A stretch of 62,517 nt of DNA, the filler included, from Sluysia triapertura (taxonomy: Eukaryota), in assembly GCA_046118255.1 (NCBI GenBank). It is 5 parts of 5 records of this genome, joined end to end, with 100 filler letters (N's around TTAATTAATTAA, not from the genome) between each part and the next. Parts side by side here need not be neighbours in the genome. Positions count along the whole stretch, not along the records: positions 1 to 12,557 come from JBJNIA010099435.1; 4 more parts are not named here. One strand, written 5' to 3'. A program made the translations under genes and the position numbers. Below are positions 1 to 12,657 of the stretch, piece after piece; position 1 is the stretch's first letter; each line of letters opens with the position of its first letter. The notes under the pieces were generated by a model that had not been told where the DNA came from, searched no databases, and saw only the letters and a program-made list of their open reading frames with translations.

Positions 1-1167
1 GTTTTAAAGACCTTAAGTCTTATTTTTTAATAAAAGTAATTTTCATTCAAAAAATTAAATTGATTTACGCCCCGATCCGGCCAACACATACATTAAGGAA
101 GTCCTGAATATCTTTTAGAAATAAAAAAATTGGAAAACAAGATGAATATTTCAATGAGACATAATAATAATCTACACAGAATCCACAATAATAACAAGTT
201 AGGTGATCGGTTGTATATCGTTTATGTTTCAAAAATATACAACCAGTACTACCAGAGAATGAAATATTTAAGAAAAAGGTAAAGTTCTTTCTATGTTACA
301 GTGAATGATTTAATTTAATTTAGCAAATATGAGCGCAATATAAATTAATATATTATAATTATATTATATTATAGATGATTATTTTTGAAGTTCTTATGAC
401 ATTTTTAGATTTATTTTTATTTTAAGACGTGTTATAATAACTTTTTGATTTTTTAAAACATTAATTTATCAAATTTACCATTATGTTATCGTATTATTAT
501 AAATACTAATCTAATATTCATTAAAAATATTATGTATGTGTAATATATATATTTCAGTTGAAGCGAAAAAAATATTTTAGATGGGTCAATGAACACACAC
601 TCACACTCACAATCATTATGTTCTATAGGGAACTGAACGTAGTGATGCTATTTTTAACACAATTACGTTATTCTATTGTATTGTATTATATATTGTATAA
701 TCTTAAATTTGTTTAAATTAATACGTTGCCCATGGTTATTGTTGCTTTTATTAAATCCAAAACAATATGATCATAATGGAAAAATCATAATAATTATGAG
801 TTTATCCTTAAATATTCAAATAATCCTTTCATTAATGCTGACTATCAATAAACGATAATTTATTAACCTTTCCTATGGAGAAAGCTCGTAATTTTTAATT
901 AAATAATATCCAATCAGCATTGCTCAATTATTGTTATGTGATTATTGATCTCTCATTGAAATAACATCATCACTTTCTTTTGTGGAATTAGAAAATATTT
1001 ATTAGCATAATTTTTAATTTGTTTTTTATTTTCATATTTTACTTTAAGTATTTAAAAAACAATAAATCAATGGTAGAATTGATACTCAACAAATTCTGCA
1101 ATCAACTTTTAAAGTTCTGACTTATTATTATTAATTTATATATGGAATTGTTCTTTCTTAAACAAAA

Positions 1168-1500
1168 TGTGGACGGATATTTACAAATGGAATCTCTAAC
1201 CACTAGAACGCTCTAAAATCACTAAAAATATTTATTTTCCAAAAAAGAAAATTCGCTTCAAAAAATAGAATATAAGCTTCTAGAATGTTCTAGAACATTC
1301 CACAGATTCTCATTGGCTGATGACTTGTATATAAACTAGCATCAGTTTAATGATAATTGCCATTTTGAATTATAACAATCTTATTATCATTTTTACTAAC
1401 GCCATATTGTTTATTGCTCTATTGGTAATTCATCACAAATTCTAATTAGTATTCAAAACATCTTAATTAAAAGAATTTTATTTCTGCGGGTCTAATGAAT
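1168..1500 (+). mobile_element. LTR-like dispersed repeat (family A) with heat-shock-element array; ends approximate
   Basis: 1250-1366 (gaaaattcgcttc...gcttctagaatgttctagaacattcca...gccatttt) matches the reverse complement of 42715-42840 and resembles 1740-1830 (-) and 37700-37830 (+). Confidence 0.5.
1278..1366 (+). promoter_or_regulatory. HSE array (5 alternating nGAAn units), ATTGG (CCAAT box), TATATAAA and GCCATTTT
   Basis: TTCtaGAAtgTTCtaGAAcaTTC at 1278-1300; attgg 1312-1316; tatataaa 1328-1335; gccatttt 1359-1366. Confidence 0.5.
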
Positions 1501-1649
1501 CTGATTCTTAAAATAATAATTAAGAAATACCAAATTTAATAATAATACAAAATATTTTACAGAACAAGGTAGACAATCAAAATTTAAAAATTAAAGTTAT
1601 GATTTTTACCTTCTTTAGGATGATAAAAACACCTTAATAAAAATAACTT

Positions 1650-1900
1650 ATCGCACTCATGGAACTGATATGAATTAAGAGATTTAATCGAAGTAATATC
1701 TCGCTAAAATCGTCCAAATGGAATTATTGAAAAGTTGATACAACAAAATGGCGAATTAATGCTATTTTACATACTAGAAATCGATAGAATGCTCTAGAAT
1801 GTTATTTTCTATTTTCTCTCTTTTTGGAAATTGAGCTTAATTTAGTGCAGTAAATTTTTTAGGTGCTGTTTCCGATCTTTAGTAGGGTTGTAATGATGGC
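1650..1900 (-). mobile_element. Degenerate inverted copy of LTR-like family A
   Basis: aaaatggcg...tagaatgctctagaatg and agggttgtaatgatgg, cf. agggttgtgatgaca at 42963-42977. Confidence 0.4.
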
Positions 1901-3739
1901 CTAACAGATAATTATTAACATAACATAATAGCTCAGCATTATTATAACTTTTATGATATGAATGAATGAGAAATCTAGTTTTGATTGCTCATCTTCAGTT
2001 TCATTAATTTTTATATATTTTTAATTCAAGTCATTCTTTTCCTATAACATTCTTTATATATCGTTTTTCTTGTTCAAAATATTGTTATTCAAAATCTGTT
2101 TTCATTTTCTAATAATTTTGCTCATTTCAGCTCAAATTTATTTTCTTCTTTGCTTCTTGTATTTCCATTGTACAGTAATGGAATATCTTAAATTCCAAAT
2201 AATGATTTAAATAATGTTTCATTTCATTTTGTGTTTCAGAATGGATCTTGGAAGGATCCTTTGCAATTCTGAATCTGACTTTCACAAACCTATCTCCGTC
2301 TCGAGGGACAAGACGACTATTCCATCATATTTATTCTCCGTTCACATGACGTCTTTTCAATATATAACGCAAAAGCATGCATAAAATAAAACTCAAATTC
2401 ATGGATTAGAAAACGATTATAAGAATATCGTCAGCATGCAAAAATTTTCGGCTGGAGCACATGTATTCATTCGTCGGCCCTCTAAGGCGCCCCTCAGGCC
2501 TGGGCCCTGCCTAGTTATGGCTTTGGTCAGATCCATCCACATCTAAATATAATTTATTCTTTCAGTATAAAATATTCTTCTAAATTTTTTTCATAATTAT
2601 TTTATAAATTCATTCATAATTAAAAGATAGGTTTAATTTTATCAATGATTATTAACCTTAATACTTCAGGAGAATATCAAAAAGTCACTTACTCTACAAT
2701 TTACGAAACTATTACTTCTTTAAGGGTTTCGATTTAATATCGTAATACTCGGCAAATTTTTCTTATTTTCAAATGATAATACATAGTTTTGTAAAAATCG
2801 AAATTATTAAAACTTAAATAATGTATAACTCAAATTACTATCTTTTGTTGTAGTGATTCAAAATTTTCTTACACCATTGAAAACACAATAATAAATCTAT
2901 CAAACAATAAATTCATATTCAATTATTCATCAACTTACTTTCTATTTTACACTTTCACATTAATATCAATTATATAATATTAAATTAATAAATATTACAT
3001 TAAATTATTATTAAAAAATGTAACTTTTATTTTCAATACTAAATTTATATTTATTGTTATTATTATTTGTTTTATAATAATTTATTTGAGATTAAATATA
3101 TAATTTATACTTTAAATTATATTAGAATTATTAGATGTTAGAATTTTAATTTCTCAAAATGTTATAATGAAGTCATTCAACTTGGTTTAGATAAATTATT
3201 AAATTCCCCTCTTCTACCTATTTCCCACTCCTTTTTTTAAAATAAACATTCTCAATTTCTTCTTTCCCCACACATACTAAAAGAAAATTCAAATATAGAA
3301 GCGGAATTGTAAACAATAAACATTGGGCAAGCGGCTTTAAAACACCGTGGAATTCTATTAGCAAAGAACTTGTTGAAAAAAGTTATTTATCATGCTTCCC
3401 TGTGCTTTGAGTAGCTAAACGTTGGAAATGACCCGAAAGTCGGACCCAAGTTTTTAACCCTGCTTCAGAATGAAGTTGTTCCTGTAGGTGTAACGGAATT
3501 TGACATTCTCGATGAATAAAAAATAATGGATACTTGAATTATATTTTTATTGAAGAAAAACAACTTAAAAAACTTCTAACATTTCTCCAATATCAGAATG
3601 TTACGAGGAAACGAATATTGCCCAGGATAAATAAAATAATGATTGTAAAAATAATTCTAAAGGGTTTTAAAAAAATTATATTGTGATAAACAAATTGAAT
3701 TAAATCTTTCGATTAAATATAAACTTTATTTCATTAAAG

Positions 3740-4510
3740 ATTTCAAGTGCTACCACAATATATTAATACGAATAAGTTTCCTAATTAAAATCATTAAATT
3801 ATTGTTAACCTTGTTTCTTAAGCGCCCTAAATTCCATAATAATTCCAAACTTAATTATGATACATTAAAATTAAATAATAAATAATATTATAAAATACAA
3901 TAGATTAGTTTTATCTCAATGTACAATTTTATTTCAATTATTTTTAATTGTTTTTGAAAGATTCTTCAAATATTTTAGTTCAAGTAGCTTAAACAAATGA
4001 TGGAAAATTTCTTTTTAAATTATCAATTATTGAGTTATCAGGTTCGTAGTAAAACTTTTCTAAAAAATGTATACTTTATTCAAATAATGGATATAGAAAA
4101 TTAATGCATAGATACATCCGATAACTATAGAAACAAAATATGTATAAAATTTAGCATAAATGTTTATTTTTCTACAACTTTCATTGTTCTATCTAATATT
4201 TGTACTTTAAGAAATTATCTTTCAATCCGCAAGGTTTAGCTGACAACATTTCAATGGTTAAGATTGTATTTAATATTTTTTCCACTTCATATTCTAAGTT
4301 TTCTATTAGTAAATAATAATATCTCGAATTATGATCATCCATTTGTTTGATAACATCTTGTATATTCAACGGAAAATCATTTTTAACTACAGCACTCTAA
4401 TATAATTTAATTTAAAATTAAATATGAACTTGATCTTTTGCCATCATTAATGATAAGTTAAACATCTTATCAGATTTCATTTCAATGTGCACGATATCCA
4501 CATAATTAAC
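3740..4510 (-). pseudogene. Highly decayed hAT-like transposase remnant
   Basis: Scattered minus-strand fragments GYRAH..(N)LIINDG, FLYPLF and LRNKV...LIRIN resemble the hAT CxxH, LDP and dimerisation motifs; many stops and frameshifts. Confidence 0.3.
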
Positions 4511-5719
4511 TGAAAAAATTTAAATCAAATATATTTACTACCATTTTTAATCGACAATATTAACTATAACGATATATTAAAACAAATTATTATAAATCTT
4601 TCTTTAATTGATACATCAATTTTATTCAATTTTGTTTCTTGTAAATATAATATAAATATTTTAATTCATATTTTAGTTTAAAATACATTTTTGAAATTTT
4701 AATTAATTATTAAGTAATCATTAATTCATTACATTTATCAAAGTCATTTTTATTAAAATGGATTTTTAATATTCATTATTGTGCACTATTAATAATCACA
4801 TTAAATAGTGCCATTTATTTGTACTTATTCTTAAATTCTTCTGAAAATTTATTCATTATAGTTCTTTTACCAATAATGTAAAAACTTATTGTAATGTAAA
4901 ATTTTCACATTTATCTAAAATAAAATCTTCAACTTGAAGGGTAATGTAAAATTTATAACTTTAATTCGAAATTGTACAACTTTTGTGTCAAAACTTTAAT
5001 GGTTTATAGTTGTTCAAGCTTTTTATACACTCATCAATTCATTTTATATAGATTACTCAAAGCTTATTCTCCGTAATTATTTTACTGAGTTCTAAAATCC
5101 AACTATTAATCAAATAACTCTTTATCTAATTGGCTTACTTTTTACCGGTCTCTTTCTTATTTAAAATTAAATTCTCTTCGTAACTTTATCTTAAAGGTAT
5201 AACTCTTCGCTTAATTTATTCGATATTTCTTTTATAAATTTAATCTGGAGATTGAGTCCATCTCTCTTCTTAAAGATGAAAGTGCTTATTAGAGTTTTAT
5301 AAATTATAATTATAAATCTTTAAAAAAACCACCAAATAAAATTTTATTCAACAGAACAAATACATTACAAATATTAAACAAATCATAATCTTTGATAATG
5401 AGAAAAATATATTTTTTTAAAGTCTTTCATTTTAATTTACTTCGATTTTTTTAAAATGAAATTTTTATTTATTTATATCATGCAGGAAATCAATAAAATT
5501 TATTTATGTTGTCATTAAGCTGTTTAGTAAATCAACTGAAAATCAAATTTGCTTGGTTAAATTGTAAATTCTAAAACGTTTCTATTTATATTCTTTTCCT
5601 ACATGTTGAAATTATCTACAACATATTATTAAAATTTTATTTATAATCACAGAGAATTATTAATGCAAATTTTATTATATTCCTGCATATTAAACTAATT
5701 TATTTAGTCTGTTTAAAAC

Positions 5720-6590
5720 TTTATTTATATGTAAAAATGCACTACAATATTCTGGAGTTATTTTTCCAAAGTTATCGCAAATTAACCTTTTCCATTCATT
5801 TTTTGCGCTACATAGGATAACTAAACTTCAAAATCGAAAAAAACATTTTCTGTTGGAGAATAAGGTTACAAGAACTTCAAATTAAGTCTCGAATTTTCAT
5901 CATCATCATCATTATATTTTAATCCTCTATAATGGTGAATTCTAGCATTATCCATTATAAAAACAGGATCTTGTACATTTTTTAACTTACTTGCTGACTT
6001 TATTTCTTTAATAGTTGTTTTATAATCTTCTTCATTAACTGCTTCATCAAATATTTTATAATACATAATGCCAAATTTGTTCTACTTCTCGCTGTTGGGA
6101 CAGAAATGATAGCAGATTTACAAAGAAATACTTCGTTCTTTTTTAGGTCTTGAAACCACAGAAAATTTTTATTATCATTCTTTGCTTCCAATAAACGAAA
6201 TGATTGAGCATATGATTCTCTTATATCTAAAGTTTTTTTCACAGTTTCTTTTAGTATGAACAAGTATCACTCTTTTTAATGTATAAAGAAGAGATCTTAG
6301 ACATCAATCTGTTGTACTTTCAGAAACATTTATATTAAAACTTTGAAAGACCCTAGAGCACAAGTGCTAAACAATTTTCATCTACATAGATCAATAATTC
6401 TTCCTTTTATGATGAAATGAATTTAGAGCGAAAGCCACCACCACGTTTGGCTGCCCTAATTTATGTACTGTAGAGTTTTTTATTGTTTTGTTTATTATCT
6501 TTTCTCCATCGTCATTTGAAACTGATCATCTTTTAATTTTCATTAATTTTGTATTGTTTTTGTATCGATTTCTTTACTTGAAGCGTCATA
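5720..6590 (-). mobile_element. Decayed IS630-Tc1-mariner (DDE_3) transposase
   Basis: PVFIMDNARIHH in ORF 5866-6066; downstream PYSPTENVF; upstream RAAKRGGG; frameshifted. Confidence 0.8.
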
Positions 6591-6899
6591 AATAGGTATA
6601 CGACTTTCAAAAAGTATTTAATATGGAAATAAATTTTTAAACTAATATTTTTATTTTTCAAATATGCAGTATTCTCTTCCTAACCGCTAAATTTTTAGGA
6701 AGTTTAAAAGTTATAATAAAACTCATCCTAGCTGCCAGTTCTATTAACCACCACATTTTTAAACATATTTTAATTTATTAGTATTTTTGACATGATAGCG
6801 TTGTTTTAATTTTAATTGTTTATGAAAAATTTTTCATAAAAAGTTTACTGTTTAAAAAATTGAAATTTTGAAGTACATTGACTCGTATTCTGTATATTC

Positions 6900-7330
6900 A
6901 TATAACAGAGTAGCAGAGGTTTTCTCAGGTAAATTTGAAAAAGAACTTTCAAGAAAGACTATCAATGATATCAGAAGAAACGAGGATTTTTTTGATTCAA
7001 AATGCTGATCTTGTACACAAACGTGGTCGGCGAATGTCAGTTTTAAAGTATAATGTTTTAGACAAAGAATTGTCCGAATGGATTGAAGAAAGAGGTGCTA
7101 TCATTACGGATAATATATCAAAAGAAAAGGCAAGTAATAACAAGTTAGATGATGAAAAAATCATCAAATAATGACGATCATAACGTTGCTAGTGTTTCTA
7201 GAAAGGAATATTATTCTGCTATTCATTTAATTGAAAAATAATTCGACCAACCCGGCATATTTGATTTTAAAGCTATTGAAGGACTGAATCAAGTCTCAAA
7301 AGTCTTGAAGAAGAATGAATACTATATTTA
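6900..7330 (+). mobile_element. pogo/Tigger-like transposase fragment (CENP-B type HTH)
   Basis: KYNVLDKELSEWIEERGAIITDNISKEKA resembles the HTH_Tnp_Tc5 motif. Confidence 0.55.
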
Positions 7331-7447
7331 TACTACTTAATTGATTGAAAGGATTGTGTAATTCATAATTCTGTAATTGTTTAGTCTTGAGGTAAACACC
7401 TAAAGTTCCATTTAGAATAAAGATAGTGCAATTAACTAAAATAAAAT

Positions 7448-7557
7448 AAAATTGTTAGATGGGTGCTAGTTTAGTGGTCAGAGCATCAATACGCACAGTT
7501 GTGAAGTATGAGAGCCCGGATTAGAATCCCTCCAGTCAGTCCATTTAATGAAGTCTA
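7448..7557 (+). repeat. tRNA-derived SINE-like copy
   Basis: A-box-like tagtttagtgg and 3' cagtcagtccatttaatgaagtcta, shared with 11828-11889 and 19393-19484. Confidence 0.6.
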
Positions 7558-8039
7558 GTAATAACATCATTATCGAAAGTTTAATAACATTATTATGTTG
7601 AAAAATGAAAATATTATTAAATAAATATTTCACTACCATTTATTGACACAGCAAGACCAAGAAATACACTATAATAATAAATAAAAATTTATTTTTATTC
7701 GCATAACATTTTCAAAATGGCCCTTTTTAATTTAAGTTCGTATATGAACGACTACTGGAAATGGTTAACAAAGACAACAATGCAGCATATTTACTTTACT
7801 CATTGAGCAAACTTGTTTTTGTCATTGTATAAACATTGGTATCTATAGAAACGATTAATTTGTTTGGTAAATTTAATAGTTTTATGATAAAGTCTATCAT
7901 TGTAAACAAATTCGTGTTTATTTCTATATTGTATATAAAATAAGTTCTCATTGTTAATAAATTTACTGTGTGCCAGTTTCACTAATTATTATTAAGAGTG
8001 TGCTACGCTTTTGTGCTGCGATCCACATTACGGGTCCAC

Positions 8040-8178
8040 ATTTTTTCGCGCTCCTCTTTTGAAGAATGCTGTATTAAAAATTATTTAAAATTAGACTTAT
8101 CATATATAAAGAATATTTTCTTATGAATACTTTACTATAACTTTTAAATTTTTCGCGCCAACTTTTGAAGAACACTGA
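8040..8178 (-). mobile_element. Two hAT(Charlie)-like transposon ends
   Basis: ttttcgcgc...ttttgaagaatgctg and ttttcgcgc...ttttgaagaacactg; the reverse complement CAGTGTTCTTCAA resembles a Charlie-type TIR. Confidence 0.4.
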
Positions 8179-8869
8179 TCTGATATGATGAATAAAAGGC
8201 TTAAAGCTATGGTGGTTTAAAATTATTTATTATTACTATTTAACAAATAATAATTAACAAAATTCATTTATTAAACTTAATACCAAAAATGTTGTAACTC
8301 TATCATAATTTAGTAAAACAATTTGTTTATATATTGATAAACAAATAAACAAAACACACTTTATCATAGTCTTCTTGTTGTACTATAATTCCTTACTACT
8401 TTTTTTAATACTTTTTCATCCAATCATTTTTGAGCTTTGTAACATAACATTTTTTATGTGTTATCAAATATCGATTTATTTTCATCTACTCTACCAGATA
8501 CATTTTTATTTAAATTACTTCTCAAGTTAAAATAATAATTATTATTAACAACTTATTTAAAAATAATGATTTCTAATATTCATTTGTTCAAAGCCACTTT
8601 TCTAATGGAAAAACAAACCAAATCAAGTTCATTTCTTATTCATATCAATCATCTTAATATTCGATTCATTCCAATTTCATTACTCTAATTATGTGAAATC
8701 TAATTCTTTAATTTTGAAAAGTAATTAAAAGTAATTTTTTTCATAAATTATGTTAATTAAGATTTCAACTAATTAATCTATTTTTGCTTAAAAGCTTCTA
8801 GATATTTAATTGAATTGTCATCATTATCACAAAAAAAGAAAAATGATGAAAAAACAAGGAGAAAGAAAA

Positions 8870-11364
8870 GTGGTGGCTCCGCAATCAAGGATCTATGGCT
8901 CTACGATGATGAAATTGAGAAATATATCTCATCACAGAACAACGTCATTGTTGTACTGATCAGCGCGATACCACAAGTGTCTCTTAAGCGTGCTGATATT
9001 TACTTGTTCACAAATGCTACATTAAAACCATCTGGCAAAATGTATGTTATTCTTATCCACTTTAAAAATCACTTCTCGCTATTTGTAATTAACACCGAAC
9101 AACACACTGATTACCTACTGGATCTCCTATCGTAGAGTGTCAGAAAACACAATGGTATTCATATGAAATCTACCACATAAACTTAAAATTGCAATAACAC
9201 TCTTAACCCATTTAGATACCCATTGCAGAATAATGCTTACGACTGTGGCATAATGGTATGTGGGTACCTTGATGCAATTATATAGTCAATACATACAATT
9301 GCGCAATTATGATTATTCAATTGTTTTGGTTGTGCAGTGTTTGTTTTATGTTGGTTTGCACAGTCTTTTATTTCGGATAACTTGCTTGATTCATCAGCAG
9401 CTGATGGTGATTGTTGTTTATTCGATTCTTATTTGTCCATATAAATCGGGGCTTCGATGTTGGCTTTGGTGTAGATTCGAATCCAAACTGAACTGTTTTC
9501 CGTGATTTGTGAATTTGAGTTTGGGTCATGCACTGCAGAATTGTTTGTAGATTTGTTCTGAGGAGAGATTTGCTCAGTCTTTAGTAATTCAGAAGTATTT
9601 TTGATGGTTGGTTTTATGATATCAGAGTTATCAACGATTGTGGCTTGGTTGGGAATCTCTTGGGCGAATCATTATGCCACACTCGTAGGAATTATTCTAC
9701 AATTGGTATCTAAATGATGCCTATTTAGTTGGGAGTTGCAGAATCTACACCTTAATATCGAATCCCACTGGATCCTTGTCATCTTTAATAAACAACAGAA
9801 TTTCTTCTGCATTATTGACCCTCTTGAGTCTTATCCACGTCACCTTTTTCTTCTGTGTGACTTTATCTAACATCATGATTGCGTCTACTTCTCTTCTTGT
9901 CTACTCGTCTAAACCTGCGTTTCACATTAAATTTATTCCTTATCCAACGCAGAAAGGTCCTACCGACTGTGGCCCCTTTATCTGTGATATTTCGTTACAA
10001 TATAAACGCAACCCCGATATTTTCTCTTTCTTTGGTTGACTCGATTAAGGTTAACAAACCGAAACACGCACATCCATCGGTACAATCTCTCTCTGGATGA
10101 AACTTTCACCGAATTTATTGCCTGTATCCTCCAAAGTTTCTTGATGATATTAAGAAGGATATTAACCTTAACACGATCTTTGAAAAGAATCAGACCAAAG
10201 CCTTCTACCTTTTAACTGGTACTAACTCTCCTTCGGTTGATGAAATCTGTCTTTACTATAGTTCCGGTGTTGATCCACCCTTCAATCCATCTAAGATTGG
10301 TGTAACACCTTACTTTATGGATTTTTCAACCTGTTCGCCCTTTTCTGAAGCTGAAATCTTAATAACCATGAAGTATTGTAAAAATTCGAACAAATCAAGA
10401 ATGTTGATCTCACAGCGAAGTTTCTTTTAATTTTCTTCAATAAAATACTTCAAACTTAAAGCGTTCCTCGGGCCTGGAAATCTTTCCTTACCATTCGTAT
10501 AATTAAACCCAATAAATTCCATCTGGCGCCCTATTACTGTTCTGGATTCTTTGTGCCGCATCTTTACAAAGATCCTCAATGATTGAGTCTTATCATGGAT
10601 TCATTGTGAGAACCTCATCAGTGCCCATCCAGCTGCTCTTCTTCGTTGGTTTCTTCTGCTCCAATGACGACAATCAGATTAGTTGTGAATCCTTAGGTGG
10701 CAGCGAAAATAGCATCACTTTAATCGGTTTCATAAGAATAAAACTGGCAAATACCTTCAACAGACCACTCTCACTTCAACCTAGCGATTCTTGATGAACT
10801 TTCATGCTCAAGGCACGCAACATCCTTAAATTAAAATTTTCGCCACATAACCTTGCCTTCACAAACCTTTAACTTGACGTTGGTGTGGGTTTGAGAAAAA
10901 AATCTATTTTTCATGTCCTTGGTTTGTGCCCTTACACCCGCATCGGCCGAACTTTGAGACACAATACAATTATTGAATGCCTGATTGAGATTCTTTCTCG
11001 TAAGGGCCTTTATGTAAAAAATGATTCTCAAACGCCGATTATTGGGAACACTCGGCGCCCAGATATTCAAGTCCGGGTTACTAATTTGACACAACTTTTT
11101 CTCATTCATATTAAATCTCAAATTGATATTTATGAGAACTTTAAATCTGTGCGGAACCTTAACTTGTCTAAATATGAAGATCTGTGTGAAAAATTGCAAA
11201 TGCAACTTAAATGTCACGTTTTCCTCGACACCTTTGTTGTGGGTGCCCTTGGTTCCTGGGATCCTGTTAATGAAATTAAGACTGTTGCTCGTCAGTGTGC
11301 TCAGCTTTCCTTAGAGCCTTCTTTTAATATTTATAAGGATCACACCCTCCAGTTTCCTGACTAA
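8870..11364 (+). mobile_element. Decayed NeSL/R2-type non-LTR retrotransposon(s): Ulp1-like (C48) protease, RT remnant, CCHC and restriction-like endonuclease
   Basis: WLYDDEI..HFSL..D..LQNNAYDCG (8890-9270); SHWILV..IDPL..TQKGPTDCGPFIC (9755-9990); VPRAWK..WRPITVL..RIFTKIL (10460-10580); HVLGLC..RHN..RRPDI..KYEDL..VVGALGSW (10885-11364). Confidence 0.85.
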
Positions 11365-11827
11365 CTAATTTATTTCCTCTTGTATGTTTGAAATTTTTCC
11401 TACAAATTATTGTACTTCTATTTCTCCTGCTCTATAGTCCGTTCATGTTCTGGCTCTCCTTTCACTTTTCTTTTTTCAACTCTCTTTCTTCTCCTTCCTC
11501 ACTAATTATTTCCTCATTTCAAATATTTTTCTCTCTTCACCAACTGGCAGCCGTTAGGACATTGGTCCAATTCTATCACTATCCAGAACAAATCAGACTA
11601 TTCCAACCAATTCAACCAAGTTTCAGTGGCAAGATTTACATTTAATTTTTGAATTAAAATTTAATTTAAGTTTTTATATTTTAAGAATAACAATTTAATG
11701 CTTTTAATTTTTGCATTAACTTTGATTTAACACTCTCTTGATCCCATTTTTTATTATCTTTGATTATTGATACATTTTTATACTTTGTACCTTGTGTTAA
11801 AAATAAGTTTTCAATTCAGTACAATTC

Positions 11828-11889
11828 ATCAAACTGCGCAGCGAGAGGACCAGCGTTCAATTCCCAGTCAGTCCATTTTATGAAGTCTA
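11828..11889 (+). repeat. 5'-truncated tRNA-derived SINE-like copy
   Basis: ctgcgcagcgagaggaccagcgttcaattcccagtcagtccattttatgaagtcta, with B-box-like gttcaattcc. Confidence 0.6.
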
Positions 11890-12481
11890 ATTAGATAATT
11901 TTCATCATCCTAAGCTTTACAAAATGCAACTACAAAAAGTCTCATTGGTTGATTTCTGTTAATAATTTGAATTTTGTAGTTTATATACAACAAAGGAATG
12001 ATAGTATTTTATAAATTTATATTATTGGGATGTCTACCATCCTAAATAAGTAAAAGACTTTTAGAATAACATAAAATATAAAAATTAGCAAGCGTAATTT
12101 ATTTACCATATTTATCTTTATTTATATCATTAATTTTGATAAAAATGAATAATATTGTCGTTAATGTGGCATTCCATTAAATTTTAAATAAAGTTGTGCT
12201 GGAATTTCATTTGACACGTTGAATTTGTAATTTTATATATTTTTTACTTATTTCTAAGAAAATAGCACCAAATTGAGTCGTCTTGAATTTATAAAGTACA
12301 TTTGATATAATATATTTGTGTTTTTTCTTACATAAATGAAGTGATTAGATTACCTAATTCTGTATAAATATAACTATGTCGAGCAAATTCGATAACAAAA
12401 ATTTGGTTCACCGTTTGATAATCATTTTGGTACGTCAGAAGATTTTGGTTAAACAGGAACTGCTTTATCAATATTTATACA

Positions 12482-12557
12482 TAGGGTTTCCAACCGTCCC
12501 GGTTTTAAGAACTTGTCCCGGCGTCCCGGCCGGTTGTTAAAAATGTCCCGGTTTTTC
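12482..12557 (+). mobile_element. hAT (Blackjack-like) transposon terminus with subterminal GTCCCG repeats
   Basis: tagggtttccaaccgtcccgg start and four gtcccgg repeats; truncated by the gap. Confidence 0.65.
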
Positions 12558-12657
12558 NNNNNNNNNNNNNNNNNNNNNNNNNNNNNNNNNNNNNNNNNNN
12601 NTTAATTAATTAANNNNNNNNNNNNNNNNNNNNNNNNNNNNNNNNNNNNNNNNNNNN
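12558..12657. other. Assembly gap/spacer with six-frame-stop linker
   Basis: N44-TTAATTAATTAA-N44. Confidence 0.98.
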
